DNA of 64,000 nt from Candidatus Poribacteria bacterium (GTDB lineage: Bacteria > Poribacteria > WGA-4E > WGA-3G), in the NCBI GenBank assembly GCA_964291315.2, contig OZ219752.1:64001-128000 (forward strand). The letters run 5' to 3'. A program made the translations under genes and the position numbers. The notes under the pieces are model-generated. The model did not search any database, had not been told where the DNA came from, and saw only the letters and a list, made by a program, of their open reading frames with translations. Shown piece after piece: positions 9,902 to 20,330 of the stretch (position 1 is the stretch's first letter; every line of letters begins with the position of its first letter).

Positions 9902-11584
9902 TTACTTAAAAACGATTTTATCCCCCTCGATCGCTATTAGCTGCTGATTCAATGAAAGTTTAGTCGCTGTATCAACAATGCCGCTAGGCCATCGAATCTC
10001 CAATAGGTCTATACGCTCAGCATCTTTCAGTCCGAAGTGGACCCGCAGATCGCTAAAGGCGAGATAACTTCCACTGCTTTTCACTTCCGCATATTGCGTC
10101 AGACCGCCAGCAACAACTTTAACGCGGGCCCCAATCGCGGAACGATTGCTTTTGGTTCCAATCACTTTCAGCTGTATCCAATTGTTCCGGTTTCCGCCGT
10201 CGTTTCTCAGCAAGTCAGTGGTCTGATTCCAATTGGTAACCAGGATATCAATATCGCCGTCGTTATCATAGTCTCCAAAAGCGGCTGCACGGCTTGTTTT
10301 ACGTAACGCGAAGCCTTCGCCCATTTGCGCTGTGACATCTACAAATTCCCCGTTGCCTAAATTCCGAAAGAGCTGGTTCTGTTGTGGTGTTGTCGTGGAG
10401 CGATCGACCTCGGCGATGTTATCCATTGTGTGTCCGTTCGCGACAAAAATATCTTTGTAGCCATCGTTGTCGTAATCGAGAAAGCCTATACCCCAACCGA
10501 GGTAGCGGTGCGTATATTCGGCAATACCGGCGGTAATCGTAGCATCAATGAAAAAGTTACCTCCTTGATTGTGGTAGAGGGTATTGGTCTCGTTCTGAAA
10601 ATTGCTGACTGTGATATCTAACTTACCGTCGTTGTCGTAGTCTCCAAAGACTGTTCCCATTCCTGCCTCTGCTTTCCCCATATCGCTACAACTAACGCCC
10701 GAGAGCAGTCCGATTTCTTCAAAAGTGCCGTCGCCTCGGTTTTGAAAAAGAAAGTTGAAATCTTGATCGTTGGCGATGTAAATATCGGCATCGCTGTCAT
10801 TATCAACATCACCAACCGCCACTCCGAGGCCGTGTGCTGCGGGGACGCTTAGCAAGCCGACCTGTCTGGTTAAGTCCGTGAAGGTACCGTCCCCGTTGTT
10901 GTGGTAAAGTAGGTCCGGCTGCGGCGGATAAGCACTCGGCCCACAATAGACAGCAATACTGTGTCGATAGCACGTTTTATGTGCATCGAGGGTATAGGTT
11001 GCGTAATTAGTCACATAGAGTTCAAGAAATCCATCCTTGTCAAAATCGGCGAATGCACAACTCGTTCCCCACCCTGCATCTGCGACTTGTGCGGCTTCAG
11101 CGACATCTGTGAAAGTGCCGTCGCCGTTGTTTCGATAAAGAACATTGGATTCGAAGTTTGTCACATAGAGATCTACATCGCCATCGTTATCGTAATCGCC
11201 GGTTGTTGCGCCGACCCCGTAGCCGGTATGCGCGACACCTGCCAGGGAGGTGACATCTGTAAATGAACTGTCTCCGTTGTTGCGATAGAGAATGTTGGTA
11301 GGGAGTGGAGTGTCCGCTTGTTCTACCTGTGGCCGGGCATTGATCAGATAGATGTCGAGGTGTCCATCGTTGTCGTAATCGAAGAAACCGCCCCCCGAAC
11401 CATATTGCTCGTTAAAGAGGCGTTTGCCACTTTCACCATCTGTGTGCTTGAAGTCAATCCCGGATTCCCCAGCAATTTCAACAAACGTGACAGCTCGTCC
11501 CACCAATGGATTGAGCACAGTGTATATCACGAAAAAAAAGAGATATAGGTAGCATGTACAAGGACGCATAACGAAGACTCTCAC
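9902..11584 (-). CDS. CRTAC1 family protein (FG-GAP/VCBS repeats + ASPIC/UnbV domain)
   Basis: Repeated DYDNDGxxDLYV and NNGDGTFTDV; C-terminal AIGARV...HFGL...IRWPSG. Confidence 0.92.
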   Translation of the reverse strand: MRVFVMRPCTCYLYLFFFVIYTVLNPLVGRAVTFVEIAGESGIDFKHTDGESGKRLFNEQYGSGGGFFDYDNDGHLDIYLINARPQVEQADTPLPTNILYRNNGDSSFTDVTSLAGVAHTGYGVGATTGDYDNDGDVDLYVTNFESNVLYRNNGDGTFTDVAEAAQVADAGWGTSCAFADFDKDGFLELYVTNYATYTLDAHKTCYRHSIAVYCGPSAYPPQPDLLYHNNGDGTFTDLTRQVGLLSVPAAHGLGVAVGDVDNDSDADIYIANDQDFNFLFQNRGDGTFEEIGLLSGVSCSDMGKAEAGMGTVFGDYDNDGKLDITVSNFQNETNTLYHNQGGNFFIDATITAGIAEYTHRYLGWGIGFLDYDNDGYKDIFVANGHTMDNIAEVDRSTTTPQQNQLFRNLGNGEFVDVTAQMGEGFALRKTSRAAAFGDYDNDGDIDILVTNWNQTTDLLRNDGGNRNNWIQLKVIGTKSNRSAIGARVKVVAGGLTQYAEVKSSGSYLAFSDLRVHFGLKDAERIDLLEIRWPSGIVDTATKLSLNQQLIAIEGDKIVFK

Positions 11585-13176
11585 TGCCTTTTTGCTTCCT
11601 CCATTGCCTCTCGGATCTTATCCAAGCGCTCCTTGTAGGCTGAATTGTCCGGTTCCCAAGCAATCGCTCGTAAGATAGCTTGTTCCGCCTCGCGATACGC
11701 ACCGTGGCAGTAGTATACGTAGGCGAGGGTGTCCAAGTGGGAAGCGCTCGCGTCTAATGTCACTGCGCGTTTTGCTAATTCTACAGCACGCGCGAGTTGC
11801 CGCCCTTGCTTTGCGTATAGCCAGGCAAGGTTGTTATGTGCATCTGCTGAGTTTTCATCTACTGCAATCGCTTGCTTAAAGACGAGTACAGCCTCCGGAA
11901 CCTGATTCTGCTTGAGATAGAGGACACCCAACCGTACCCACGGGGTAGCATTACTCGGATCGGCCTCCGTCAATTGTCGATAGATAGCAATTGCCTCAGG
12001 AAACCGGCATTGTTGAACGCAGACTTCTGCAAGTCCATAATAAGCCGAGGTTAGCTTCTTATCTTTCTGGATTGCGATCTGTAGGGAGACCCGGGCATCA
12101 TCGAATTTGCGGAGGTGTGCGTAAATCCAACCAAGGTTAAGGTACGCCTCGGCATCGGTATCGTCGAGTTGAATGACTCGTTGAAACGCCTCGACAGCCT
12201 CTGTTAATTTTCCGTTCCGTATGTAAAGTCCACCGAGGTTGTGGTAGAGCGCAGGAACATCTGGGTGTAAAATTGTTGCAGTTTTATAGGCATGTATCGC
12301 TTCTGGGTAGTTCCCAACTGCAAAGTGTGCCGCTGCTAATTCGACCCGTGGCTCCAACGCAGTCGGTTGTTCTATCAAATGTCTACGGTATCGACTTATC
12401 TTTTCGTTGTATGCTTTTATCCGCTGGAAAGATACCATCAGGTTTTTTGCTTCTTCGATATACTGCGTTGCAGAATTCCCTTCCGAATTTTGTTCTAAAC
12501 CTCGCTGGACAAGTGCAAGATTGTAATAGGTTTCAGCATGGTATAGGTTAAGGGACAGGGCTTTCTGATAATACCGCCCGGCTTCTGTCAACCGCTTCTG
12601 GAGAAACGCGACTTTCCCTAAGCCTTGGTAGATCGGAGCGAGATTAGCATCAAGTGCTAGTGCCTGTTGATAGGTCTGTCGTGCTAAATCCAGTTTTCCG
12701 CGTTGTACATATACATCAGCGAGTCGAAAAAAGGCTTCAGCGTTCTTGGGTAGCAAGGCGGTGCCGTGTTGCCCGTGCTTTTCAGCATCTGCGAACTTGC
12801 CTTGAAAATGATAAATCCGCGCCAAGCAGATATGCGCAACGCCGTGTGTTTGCGAGGATGCAGGCAGTTCTAAGGCGCGAAGATATGCCGCTAAAGCCTC
12901 ATCGTTTTTTTCTTTCAATATATGAACCGCACCGAGTTCACAGTACGCCTCAGAATTCCGTGGATTTAATTTCAAGACTGCATGAAAAGCCTCAATCGCT
13001 TCATCGTAAAGCCCTAACTGAATTGCGTGCATCCCACGGGCGTAATGTTCAGACTGTTCATCCTTCGCTTGCCGCGCTGCAAGCGAAGCCAGAAAAAAGA
13101 AAACGAAAAGACTCCCGACGATCCAAACTCTTTTTGCATAGGTGTTATTATAGCGAACCAATCTCTGCGACATCAC
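11581..13176 (-). CDS. tetratricopeptide repeat protein
   Basis: More than 10 TPR units (e.g. AEAYLNLGWIY, AHNNLAWLYA, HLDTLAYVY); N-terminal TM; 4-bp overlaps with both neighbours. Confidence 0.9.
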   Translation of the reverse strand: MMSQRLVRYNNTYAKRVWIVGSLFVFFFLASLAARQAKDEQSEHYARGMHAIQLGLYDEAIEAFHAVLKLNPRNSEAYCELGAVHILKEKNDEALAAYLRALELPASSQTHGVAHICLARIYHFQGKFADAEKHGQHGTALLPKNAEAFFRLADVYVQRGKLDLARQTYQQALALDANLAPIYQGLGKVAFLQKRLTEAGRYYQKALSLNLYHAETYYNLALVQRGLEQNSEGNSATQYIEEAKNLMVSFQRIKAYNEKISRYRRHLIEQPTALEPRVELAAAHFAVGNYPEAIHAYKTATILHPDVPALYHNLGGLYIRNGKLTEAVEAFQRVIQLDDTDAEAYLNLGWIYAHLRKFDDARVSLQIAIQKDKKLTSAYYGLAEVCVQQCRFPEAIAIYRQLTEADPSNATPWVRLGVLYLKQNQVPEAVLVFKQAIAVDENSADAHNNLAWLYAKQGRQLARAVELAKRAVTLDASASHLDTLAYVYYCHGAYREAEQAILRAIAWEPDNSAYKERLDKIREAMEEAKRQ

Positions 13177-14315
13177 TCCCCCTCCGCGTGGTGCACCAAC
13201 TCGTTGTTAATGATTGTCGCTATTAGATTGATTTCACACTGCATTTCATTCCATTCAAAGAGAATCAAGTTCGAGGTTCCTTCTACGTGTGCTTTCGCGT
13301 TCAACAGAGCCATCGGTTGTCGCGTAGCGAGTAAGACCGCTTCTTCTAGCGAGATGCCTGCAAACCGGACGCTGTTTTCGATGCAGTGTACTAATTCAAT
13401 GGCTGAACCGGCGAGATATTCGGTGCCGGCCAAGCGGACACAACGATCGGCGGTCAATTCCACAGATTTTTCTGCGAACTCGTAGATACCGGGTTTTATG
13501 CCTGCTAGAGCGACCGCATCACTAACGAGAACACATCTGCTAAGGGTCTTTGCACGCATGATAGACTTAACGACAGAAGGAGGCAGGTGATGCCCATCCA
13601 CAATTAGACTTGCCCAGAGGGCATCGGCACCGAGCTGCTCCCAAATGTAGTTAGGATGTCGCTGGATTAAAGCGTGTGCTCCGTTACCGAGGTGTGTAGA
13701 GAGCCTCGCTCCAGCGTCAATCGCCGCTTGAATGTCGTTTGCAGAGGCATTCGTATGTCCCAACGCGACCACAATCCCGTTAGCCACCAGTTTTTCAATA
13801 AACCGAATAGCACCTTGTTTCTCGGGGGCGAGGGTCACAACGGCGATTTTCCCTTCAGCAATGTTCTGCCACTTCTGAAATTCGCCCCAATCTGGGTCTC
13901 TGACGTGTTCCGGAGGATGTGCCCCGCGCGGCCCATCCATTGCAGATATATACGGTCCTTCAAGATGAATTCCGAGCATGGAGTGGGCAACCAACGCATC
14001 TGTCTTAGCTGCTTCCGTTATGGCATGTAGCGAATTACAAATCCGATCGAAGGACCCGGTCACAACCGTCGGGCATAAAAATCCGGTGCCGACTTTCCAG
14101 AGGGCGCGCACCATTGCACAAACGTCTTGCGGTGTAACGGTAGCAATATTGAGGTCGAAGCCAGCAAAACCGTTCACCTGAATGTCTATCAATGCTGGTG
14201 CGATCCGTGTTGTGCTGTTGGTAGAGGATATCTCACGGATTTCCTGAACATGTGCCTCTGCAATATCTATTTCGATGTAAGTATTATTGAAGAGGGTATG
14301 TCCGCTGAACTTCAT
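13173..14315 (-). CDS. nagA: N-acetylglucosamine-6-phosphate deacetylase
   Basis: IDIQVNG, GIHLEGPYIS, RGAH, TLAPE, ALGHT, THLGNG, DGHH and LAGS motifs. Confidence 0.85.
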   Translation of the reverse strand: MKFSGHTLFNNTYIEIDIAEAHVQEIREISSTNSTTRIAPALIDIQVNGFAGFDLNIATVTPQDVCAMVRALWKVGTGFLCPTVVTGSFDRICNSLHAITEAAKTDALVAHSMLGIHLEGPYISAMDGPRGAHPPEHVRDPDWGEFQKWQNIAEGKIAVVTLAPEKQGAIRFIEKLVANGIVVALGHTNASANDIQAAIDAGARLSTHLGNGAHALIQRHPNYIWEQLGADALWASLIVDGHHLPPSVVKSIMRAKTLSRCVLVSDAVALAGIKPGIYEFAEKSVELTADRCVRLAGTEYLAGSAIELVHCIENSVRFAGISLEEAVLLATRQPMALLNAKAHVEGTSNLILFEWNEMQCEINLIATIINNELVHHAEGE

Positions 14316-14493
14316 GTTTTTTATCCTGAAGTTTTCTCATAGTTTCCTTATAATACCTGCAAACCGGTTTATTGCCAAGAAAAAAGGATTGCATTCGTGA
14401 GTAGAATTCGGTTAAAGTACATCAAGAAAGATTTCAACCAGTTTATAGAATCATAGTTGTGCTTTCTAGATTACATCTGAATGGGAGGATAAA

Positions 14494-15270
14494 ATGGAAT
14501 ATTTAACATACGGAAAAACAGGTTTAGAGATCTCACGTCTCTGTTTCGGTGCCGGACATCTCAACAATACCTGCGAAAGTTATGAAGCTGGGGGCAAACT
14601 CATGTTGAAGGCACTGGAGGAAGGTATCACTTTCTGGGACACTGCTGAGGGTTATGGGAGTCAACCGCACCTCGGAGCGGCAGTTCGCCAAATCAATAGG
14701 GAAGAAGTCATCATTCAAACGAAGACCGGCGCGAAAGACTACGAAGCTGCAAAAGTGAGCATTACGCGTTCCCTGCATGAGCTGCAAACGGATTACTTAG
14801 ATGTTTTACTCCTACACGGCATCGCCTCGCCTGAAGACTTGGTATCGCGGGAAGGCGCCCTAGAGGCGTTTCGGGAAGCAAAAGCTGCTGGAAAAATCCG
14901 GAGCATCGGGTGTTCCACACATATCTACACAGGGTCTGTTATGGATGCCGTGATTGATCATCCGGAACTTGAAGTCATTCTAACAACAGCAAATAAAGAG
15001 GGCAGAATGTTAGAAGGTGGAACTTTCGATCGACATCTCGAATACATCCAACGCGCATACACTCTTGGGAAGGGTATTAGTATCATGAAGGTTATCGTTG
15101 CCGGAGATATCCCAGAGGCGGATATGCCGGAATGGATCGAGTGGGGCTTCAACCTCGAAACCGCACATGCTATCAATCTTGGTATCAGCGATTACCCTCA
15201 TATCACATTGGATGTCGATCTGGCACGTACGAGCGCGAGACTGCGTTTGATACAGGGCAAAGCAGCTTAA
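14494..15270 (+). CDS. aldo/keto reductase
   Basis: GKTGLEISRLCFG, FWDTAEGYG, SLHELQTDYLD and GKIRSIG motifs. Confidence 0.9.
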   Translation: MEYLTYGKTGLEISRLCFGAGHLNNTCESYEAGGKLMLKALEEGITFWDTAEGYGSQPHLGAAVRQINREEVIIQTKTGAKDYEAAKVSITRSLHELQTDYLDVLLLHGIASPEDLVSREGALEAFREAKAAGKIRSIGCSTHIYTGSVMDAVIDHPELEVILTTANKEGRMLEGGTFDRHLEYIQRAYTLGKGISIMKVIVAGDIPEADMPEWIEWGFNLETAHAINLGISDYPHITLDVDLARTSARLRLIQGKAA

Positions 15271-15345
15271 CCTATTTCTTCTCAGAAGGATGTGTAATTC
15301 CTGTCGAATGCCATATAGACATTCGATGTTGATTCTTGATCGGAT

Positions 15346-15909
15346 ATGAAACAATTACGCGGCAAACCGCTCAAAGACTTTCTGAAGAAGGTGAAACCGC
15401 CAGAGACAGAACTAGTTTTTATTCTTCAAGACGTGCAGGACCCGGTTAATGTCGGTTCTGCATTTCGGATAGCCGATGCGTGCCGTGTAAAAGAAGTTAT
15501 CCTGACGGGTATTAGTGCACAACCGGCACATCCACTCGTTCGCAAAGTCGCGCGGGGCAAACACCGACGCGTAAAGTGGCAATATACCGAACAGGCAGCA
15601 GACGCAATTGTATCGCTCAAAACAGAAGGCTACACCAGTTTTGCCTTGGAACTCACGGCACAGTCAATCCGTTACGATGAAGTGGGCTATCCTGATAAAG
15701 TCTGCCTCATTGTGGGCCACGAGGACCATGGCGTAACCAAGCGGACGCTTGCTGCTTGTGATAGGATCATTTTCCTGCCGATGTATGGGGTGGGGGCCTC
15801 GTTAAACGTGCACGTCTCGCTAGGGATCACAGCTTACCATATCTTAAGCGCTTGTAGCTGTCAGAAACCATCAGTGGGCAGCAAGAAAGAAACTTGTAGC
15901 AATAAATAA
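15346..15909 (+). CDS. TrmH/SpoU family RNA methyltransferase
   Basis: DPVNVGSAFR, VGHEDHGV and SLNVHV SPOUT motifs. Confidence 0.88.
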   Translation: MKQLRGKPLKDFLKKVKPPETELVFILQDVQDPVNVGSAFRIADACRVKEVILTGISAQPAHPLVRKVARGKHRRVKWQYTEQAADAIVSLKTEGYTSFALELTAQSIRYDEVGYPDKVCLIVGHEDHGVTKRTLAACDRIIFLPMYGVGASLNVHVSLGITAYHILSACSCQKPSVGSKKETCSNK

Positions 15910-16020
15910 GACTCAACAGCCCTACATCGACAACCGACAATTGTAAAAAGATGCGAATTTAAAGCAGAAAACAGAGGTTGGCTCCTGGAGACAACCGTAG
16001 TGAGGTCTATAAGGAAAGAA

Positions 16021-17094
16021 ATGTCGAAAACGATGCGCGGGATTATGTGCCGAGCCCCGTGGGATTACTGCCTTGAAGAGGTACCGATGCCAGTGGCCGG
16101 CCCCGGCGAGGTCCTTATTAAGGTGAGCACTTGTGGCATCTGTGCAAGCGACATCAAGTGTTATACAGGCGCGCCGCTGTTCTGGGGCGATGAACACCGA
16201 AAACCATACGTGGAAGCACCCGTTATCCCTGGACACGAATTCATCGGTGAGGTCGTAGACCTCGGTCCAGGGGCAGCGGAGAAGCACGGTCTCCAGATAG
16301 GCGATACCGCCATCGCAGAACAAATCGTACCTTGTTGGGAGTGCCGCTACTGCAAGACAGGAAAGTATTGGCTCTGCCAAGTCCACAATATCTACGGGTT
16401 CCAACCGGTTGTTAACGGCGGCATGGCGGACTATATGAAGTTTCCGGCGAGCTCGATCGTTTATAAAGTACCCTCTGATATTCCGACGGCAAGTGCAGCT
16501 GTAATAGAACCGCTCGCCTGCTCAATTCACGCTGTCCAACGCGGTAACGTAGAGTTCGGAGATGTCGTTGTGATTGCTGGTGCAGGAACGCTCGGACTTG
16601 GTATGATCGGAGCTGCAAAGTTGAAAAACCCGGGGACGCTCATCGCTGTTGACTTAATACCAAACAGACTAGAGGTTGCCAAGAAGTTGGGAGCGGATAT
16701 CGGAATCAATCCTTCGGAAACAGATGCCGTGCAAGAGGTGTTGGATCTTACGGAAGGCTACGGGTGCGATGTCTATATCGAGGCTACAGGACATCCAAAG
16801 GCGGTTGAACAGGGCCTGCACATGATCCGAAAAGCTGGCACGTTTGTCGAATTCAGCGTCATGCGAGAACCAGTGACTGTGGATTGGACTATCATCGGGG
16901 ACACAAAGGAGTTGAATATCCACGGTGCCGATCTGGGACCGTATGCCTATCTGTTGGCGATTGATTATATCCATCGCGGCTTAATAGAGGTCGAGCATAT
17001 CGTGACACACCAACTCCCCCTGGACGACTATCTGACCGGGTTTGAGATGGTTCAGAAAGGGACGAATTCGATTAAAGTGCAGTTGGTGCCGTGA
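16021..17094 (+). CDS. Zn-dependent polyol dehydrogenase (erythritol/L-threitol dehydrogenase-like)
   Basis: GICASD, GAPLFWGD, GHE, CxxCxxC...C structural Zn site and GAGTLG; ATG 16021 preferred over GTG 16000. Confidence 0.85.
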   Translation: MSKTMRGIMCRAPWDYCLEEVPMPVAGPGEVLIKVSTCGICASDIKCYTGAPLFWGDEHRKPYVEAPVIPGHEFIGEVVDLGPGAAEKHGLQIGDTAIAEQIVPCWECRYCKTGKYWLCQVHNIYGFQPVVNGGMADYMKFPASSIVYKVPSDIPTASAAVIEPLACSIHAVQRGNVEFGDVVVIAGAGTLGLGMIGAAKLKNPGTLIAVDLIPNRLEVAKKLGADIGINPSETDAVQEVLDLTEGYGCDVYIEATGHPKAVEQGLHMIRKAGTFVEFSVMREPVTVDWTIIGDTKELNIHGADLGPYAYLLAIDYIHRGLIEVEHIVTHQLPLDDYLTGFEMVQKGTNSIKVQLVP

Positions 17095-17171
17095 AAGTTA
17101 GCTAATTCTAAATAAAGCGAAACCGATGTCAGCTGTTGAAAGATCAGAGAAGCACCGGCTTCGCTGGCCAG

Positions 17172-17465
17172 CTATTTCATAACTGTTACCGTCCGGCAAT
17201 GGACCGAGACTTGACCAAGAACAAGGTTGATGATGGCATCAACTAGACCCACTGAGGTTGTGATCTCATAATCCGTTGCTTCCTCTGCTATTGTATTTGT
17301 GTCAACATCGTTAATTGGAACGAGTCCCCACAAAACATACCATTGTCGTTCTACTGTCATATCGATGCCTTGTGCACCTTTACCGACCTTGTGAACGTGT
17401 GCGGCACAGCCGATGACGAAGAGCGTTGCCACGATAAGGAAAAGAGCTGAAAGTTTTCTAAACAT
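17172..17465 (-). CDS. Bor/Iss-like small lipoprotein
   Basis: Lipobox VIGC; QWYVLWGLVPIN and RTVTV pattern typical of the Bor family. Confidence 0.7.
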   Translation of the reverse strand: MFRKLSALFLIVATLFVIGCAAHVHKVGKGAQGIDMTVERQWYVLWGLVPINDVDTNTIAEEATDYEITTSVGLVDAIINLVLGQVSVHCRTVTVMK

Positions 17466-17502
17466 AAGTTTCTCCTTGGGTTGTGCCTGTAGAGCACAAC
17501 TA

Positions 17503-18132
17503 TTATTTGTGAATTAGATTAATAGAACCAATAGATGATTCAATGGCTCGTAGTTCTGTCGCGTAGACATTCTTGGGGACGCTATAATCTACTGCAAAAA
17601 CAAGCGCTTCTGGTGCGTCACATATCAGTTTAATAAGCACAAAATCAGCAGAAATAACCATTAATTGATGGACGCGAAATGGTTCTTTCATAAAAGCTGT
17701 TTGCCGGATCGTCGCATTAGGAAATTGGTTTTGGTAGGCCGTAGAGAGGGTTTTTAATAAAGTTTCATCTGGTGCACTCTCCACGCTCTTTAAGTGTGAT
17801 ACGACACACATTGCCCGTGAACCTTGATTGAAAAATATCCATCGCGGATCCATCTGTAGGGCCTGGGCAGTGAGCTGGGGCTCCAATTCGTTAACGACTT
17901 GGGCCAGCATTGAATCCTCAATCTTTTCCCAACCCTTCGGTACAGCTAGTGTGATCCTAAGTACAGTGTCTGTTACTGCCGGTTCAAGTCGGGATTCATC
18001 AACATTAAAAGCAAGTGTTTCGTAAGTGTGTTTCTGAGCGTTAGGCGAATCGCATCCGACGAAACCGACGGTCAGAATACCGTACAATAGAAATTGGAGA
18101 AAACCTGACCAATTTTTCAATGTTTGCTCCAC
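17503..18132 (-). CDS. hypothetical lipoprotein
   Basis: Lipobox FVGC after a hydrophobic stretch; VPKGW motif. Confidence 0.65.
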   Translation of the reverse strand: MEQTLKNWSGFLQFLLYGILTVGFVGCDSPNAQKHTYETLAFNVDESRLEPAVTDTVLRITLAVPKGWEKIEDSMLAQVVNELEPQLTAQALQMDPRWIFFNQGSRAMCVVSHLKSVESAPDETLLKTLSTAYQNQFPNATIRQTAFMKEPFRVHQLMVISADFVLIKLICDAPEALVFAVDYSVPKNVYATELRAIESSIGSINLIHK

Positions 18133-18248
18133 GCCGCTGAAGTTACCCTTTAAATATAGACTATTTTTCTATTAAATTCAAGAAAAAATGTTACGGATGT
18201 AATTGTCACCAAATTGATCAAGTCTAGAGACCCTTCTATTGTCCTTTC

Positions 18249-18818
18249 CTACCTGTATTCCAGAATTAGATTACGAAAATAAATCATAGGACATCGTGAT
18301 ATTTTTAGAAAGTCTTCGGGATGCTTATGCAATTTTCCTGCGGAATGAAAAGGTCCTGTTCTCCGTCTGCTCCTGTTAAAATTCATGTGTACAATGCTTA
18401 CAAATCGGTATTGATAACCATCAAGAAATCCTTTCGATTTCCAGAACGATCTCCCGATGCATTTGCAATAGTTGATAAAGCACGCTGCTCCTTTTAATTG
18501 TTGAGTAACGTGTGATGCAGACTTAGAGTCCATTTCTTGAGTCTCTATACAGACAATCCATTTTCTGTTGTATTTGTCGTTGGATACAATTACGAAATCA
18601 GCCCGCTTGCGTTCGCCCTTTTTCCCATTGAAAATAGTAATCGGATTCTTAAAATCTTCTGCCCTGATGACAATAGAGTCAGGTGGTAATCCTTTTATTT
18701 CTACAGTCGCCTTAGATTGCAAGTCGGTTAATTGAACAGAAGGCCTCCCCTGTTTTGAATGCAGCGTAACTTGGGCATCAGGGTTGAGCATTTCCTGCAA
18801 TATCTGTATGTCATTCAC
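18249..18818 (-). CDS. hypothetical protein with PD-(D/E)xK-like motif, partner of the ATPase
   Basis: KRADFVIV...WIVCIETQ...QQLKG pattern; GTG 18818 starts 5 bp after the ATPase stop. Confidence 0.6.
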   Translation of the reverse strand: MNDIQILQEMLNPDAQVTLHSKQGRPSVQLTDLQSKATVEIKGLPPDSIVIRAEDFKNPITIFNGKKGERKRADFVIVSNDKYNRKWIVCIETQEMDSKSASHVTQQLKGAACFINYCKCIGRSFWKSKGFLDGYQYRFVSIVHMNFNRSRRRTGPFHSAGKLHKHPEDFLKISRCPMIYFRNLILEYR

Positions 18819-18823
18819 AAGAC

Positions 18824-20218
18824 TTACTCTTCCCCCCACACAATTTCATCTTGAAGCCTGTTCATACTATTAATGGTCTTGTCAAAGCTGCTGACTTCAA
18901 TACCAAACCTTGGATGGGTTTTAGCAGGTACAAGCGTATACCCTCTTTTTCGTCTTTTCTGCCCATCCTCTAATGGCAGTAAAGCTTTTTCCGCGATATA
19001 CACTTTGACCTGATCAAGATTAATCAATTCGCTATCTTTATAGCCATTTTTCTCAGCAATTCTTTTCAAATGAGCCTTGTCCTGATTGAGCATGATGAGC
19101 GTATTGAGTTCTTTGACGATGTAATCGCTGTGGGTCGTTATAAAGACCTTAACACCTAAATTCGCAAGTCGTGCAAAGAGTCTGGCGATGCGGCGTTGAT
19201 TTTCTGGATGCAAGCTTAATTCCGGTTCGTCTACCATAAGCAAGTCGCCTTCTCTGGCCTCACAATAGAGATAAAAGTTGAGATCCAAGAGCGAACGGAC
19301 AGAGCTTGAACTCTGGTCCATTGTTAATCTTAGCCTAGTGCCTTTAGGAAGATAGTAAAGCAGGTCGCTTTGTGTAATCACATACGTCCCACCAACGATA
19401 TCTGTAAAATCATCCAAGACTTCAGGGTGTTCCTTAGCAATGAAGCTCTTTCTTTTCGCAATATCGCTAATTTGGCGCGTAAAGTCGACATTATCTTCTA
19501 CGGGAACAGGATAATTTTTATACGATTTCGATAGCAAGTCTAGCGGATCAATCTTTTGATCCGACCGACCGATTTCATCAAGCAGACGGTTCCGGGAGAA
19601 ATTGAGTTCTTTCGAAAAAATAGCCGCCCCTGTACGCTCAACCGAGGAAATAAAAGGGCGCGGCAAAGAATTGGAGAAGATAGCACTGCTGATAGTGAAA
19701 CGCAAGGCATCCTTTACAAAAATAGGATTAATTTTTGTTTGTTTTTTCCTGTCAACTGCCAGAGCAAATATTAGCACCCTACTCCCGCTTTCCTTTGAAG
19801 CAGTGAAGAACGGTTCTTGATCGATTTCTATTTCAGTTCTAAATCCTTGATCGCGTTCACTAATTGTACTCAGTTCGATATGAAATTCACTGTGCTGGAA
19901 CGTTCCTTCAGGGGCCGCAAAAACCGCATCCAGTTGTTCGCAGTAATTCTTACACGCTTCTGCAAGCATCTGGTTTGCCTTTTCAACATATGGTGTTAGC
20001 TCAATCTTGAGGGCGCCGTCTGACTGTAGCGTGCGAATCTGAGCATCATCAATCGGAACATTGATAAATTTACGCCAAGACTCTAAGAAACCGTACAGCG
20101 TATAAGCGGTATATGTTTTACCAGTATTATTCTCACCGCAGATGAGTGTCAAATCACCCAATGAGAATTCTGCTTGTTTTAGGATGCCAATATTTTTTAA
20201 GCGACCTGTAAGGCTCAT
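18824..20218 (-). CDS. ABC-type/AAA_15-AAA_21 family ATPase
   Basis: Walker A GENNTGKT; signature-like SSSSV; Walker B LLMVDEPELSLHP; H-loop ITTHS. Confidence 0.88.
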   Translation of the reverse strand: MSLTGRLKNIGILKQAEFSLGDLTLICGENNTGKTYTAYTLYGFLESWRKFINVPIDDAQIRTLQSDGALKIELTPYVEKANQMLAEACKNYCEQLDAVFAAPEGTFQHSEFHIELSTISERDQGFRTEIEIDQEPFFTASKESGSRVLIFALAVDRKKQTKINPIFVKDALRFTISSAIFSNSLPRPFISSVERTGAAIFSKELNFSRNRLLDEIGRSDQKIDPLDLLSKSYKNYPVPVEDNVDFTRQISDIAKRKSFIAKEHPEVLDDFTDIVGGTYVITQSDLLYYLPKGTRLRLTMDQSSSSVRSLLDLNFYLYCEAREGDLLMVDEPELSLHPENQRRIARLFARLANLGVKVFITTHSDYIVKELNTLIMLNQDKAHLKRIAEKNGYKDSELINLDQVKVYIAEKALLPLEDGQKRRKRGYTLVPAKTHPRFGIEVSSFDKTINSMNRLQDEIVWGEE

Positions 20219-20330
20219 ACTGATACCTCCACAATCGGTATTCTGTCACCGCCAAAATAGGAATCATGAAATCCTGGACGTAAAGTTGCGAGTGTCAGTG
20301 CAGCAGTGTACTTGCGGGGTTGTCCGTTGG

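Noticed and set aside
12654-13485. Long + strand ORFs opposite the TPR and nagA genes, and similar antisense ORFs throughout
   Set aside because: Fully overlapped by well-supported genes on the other strand, with no independent protein features.
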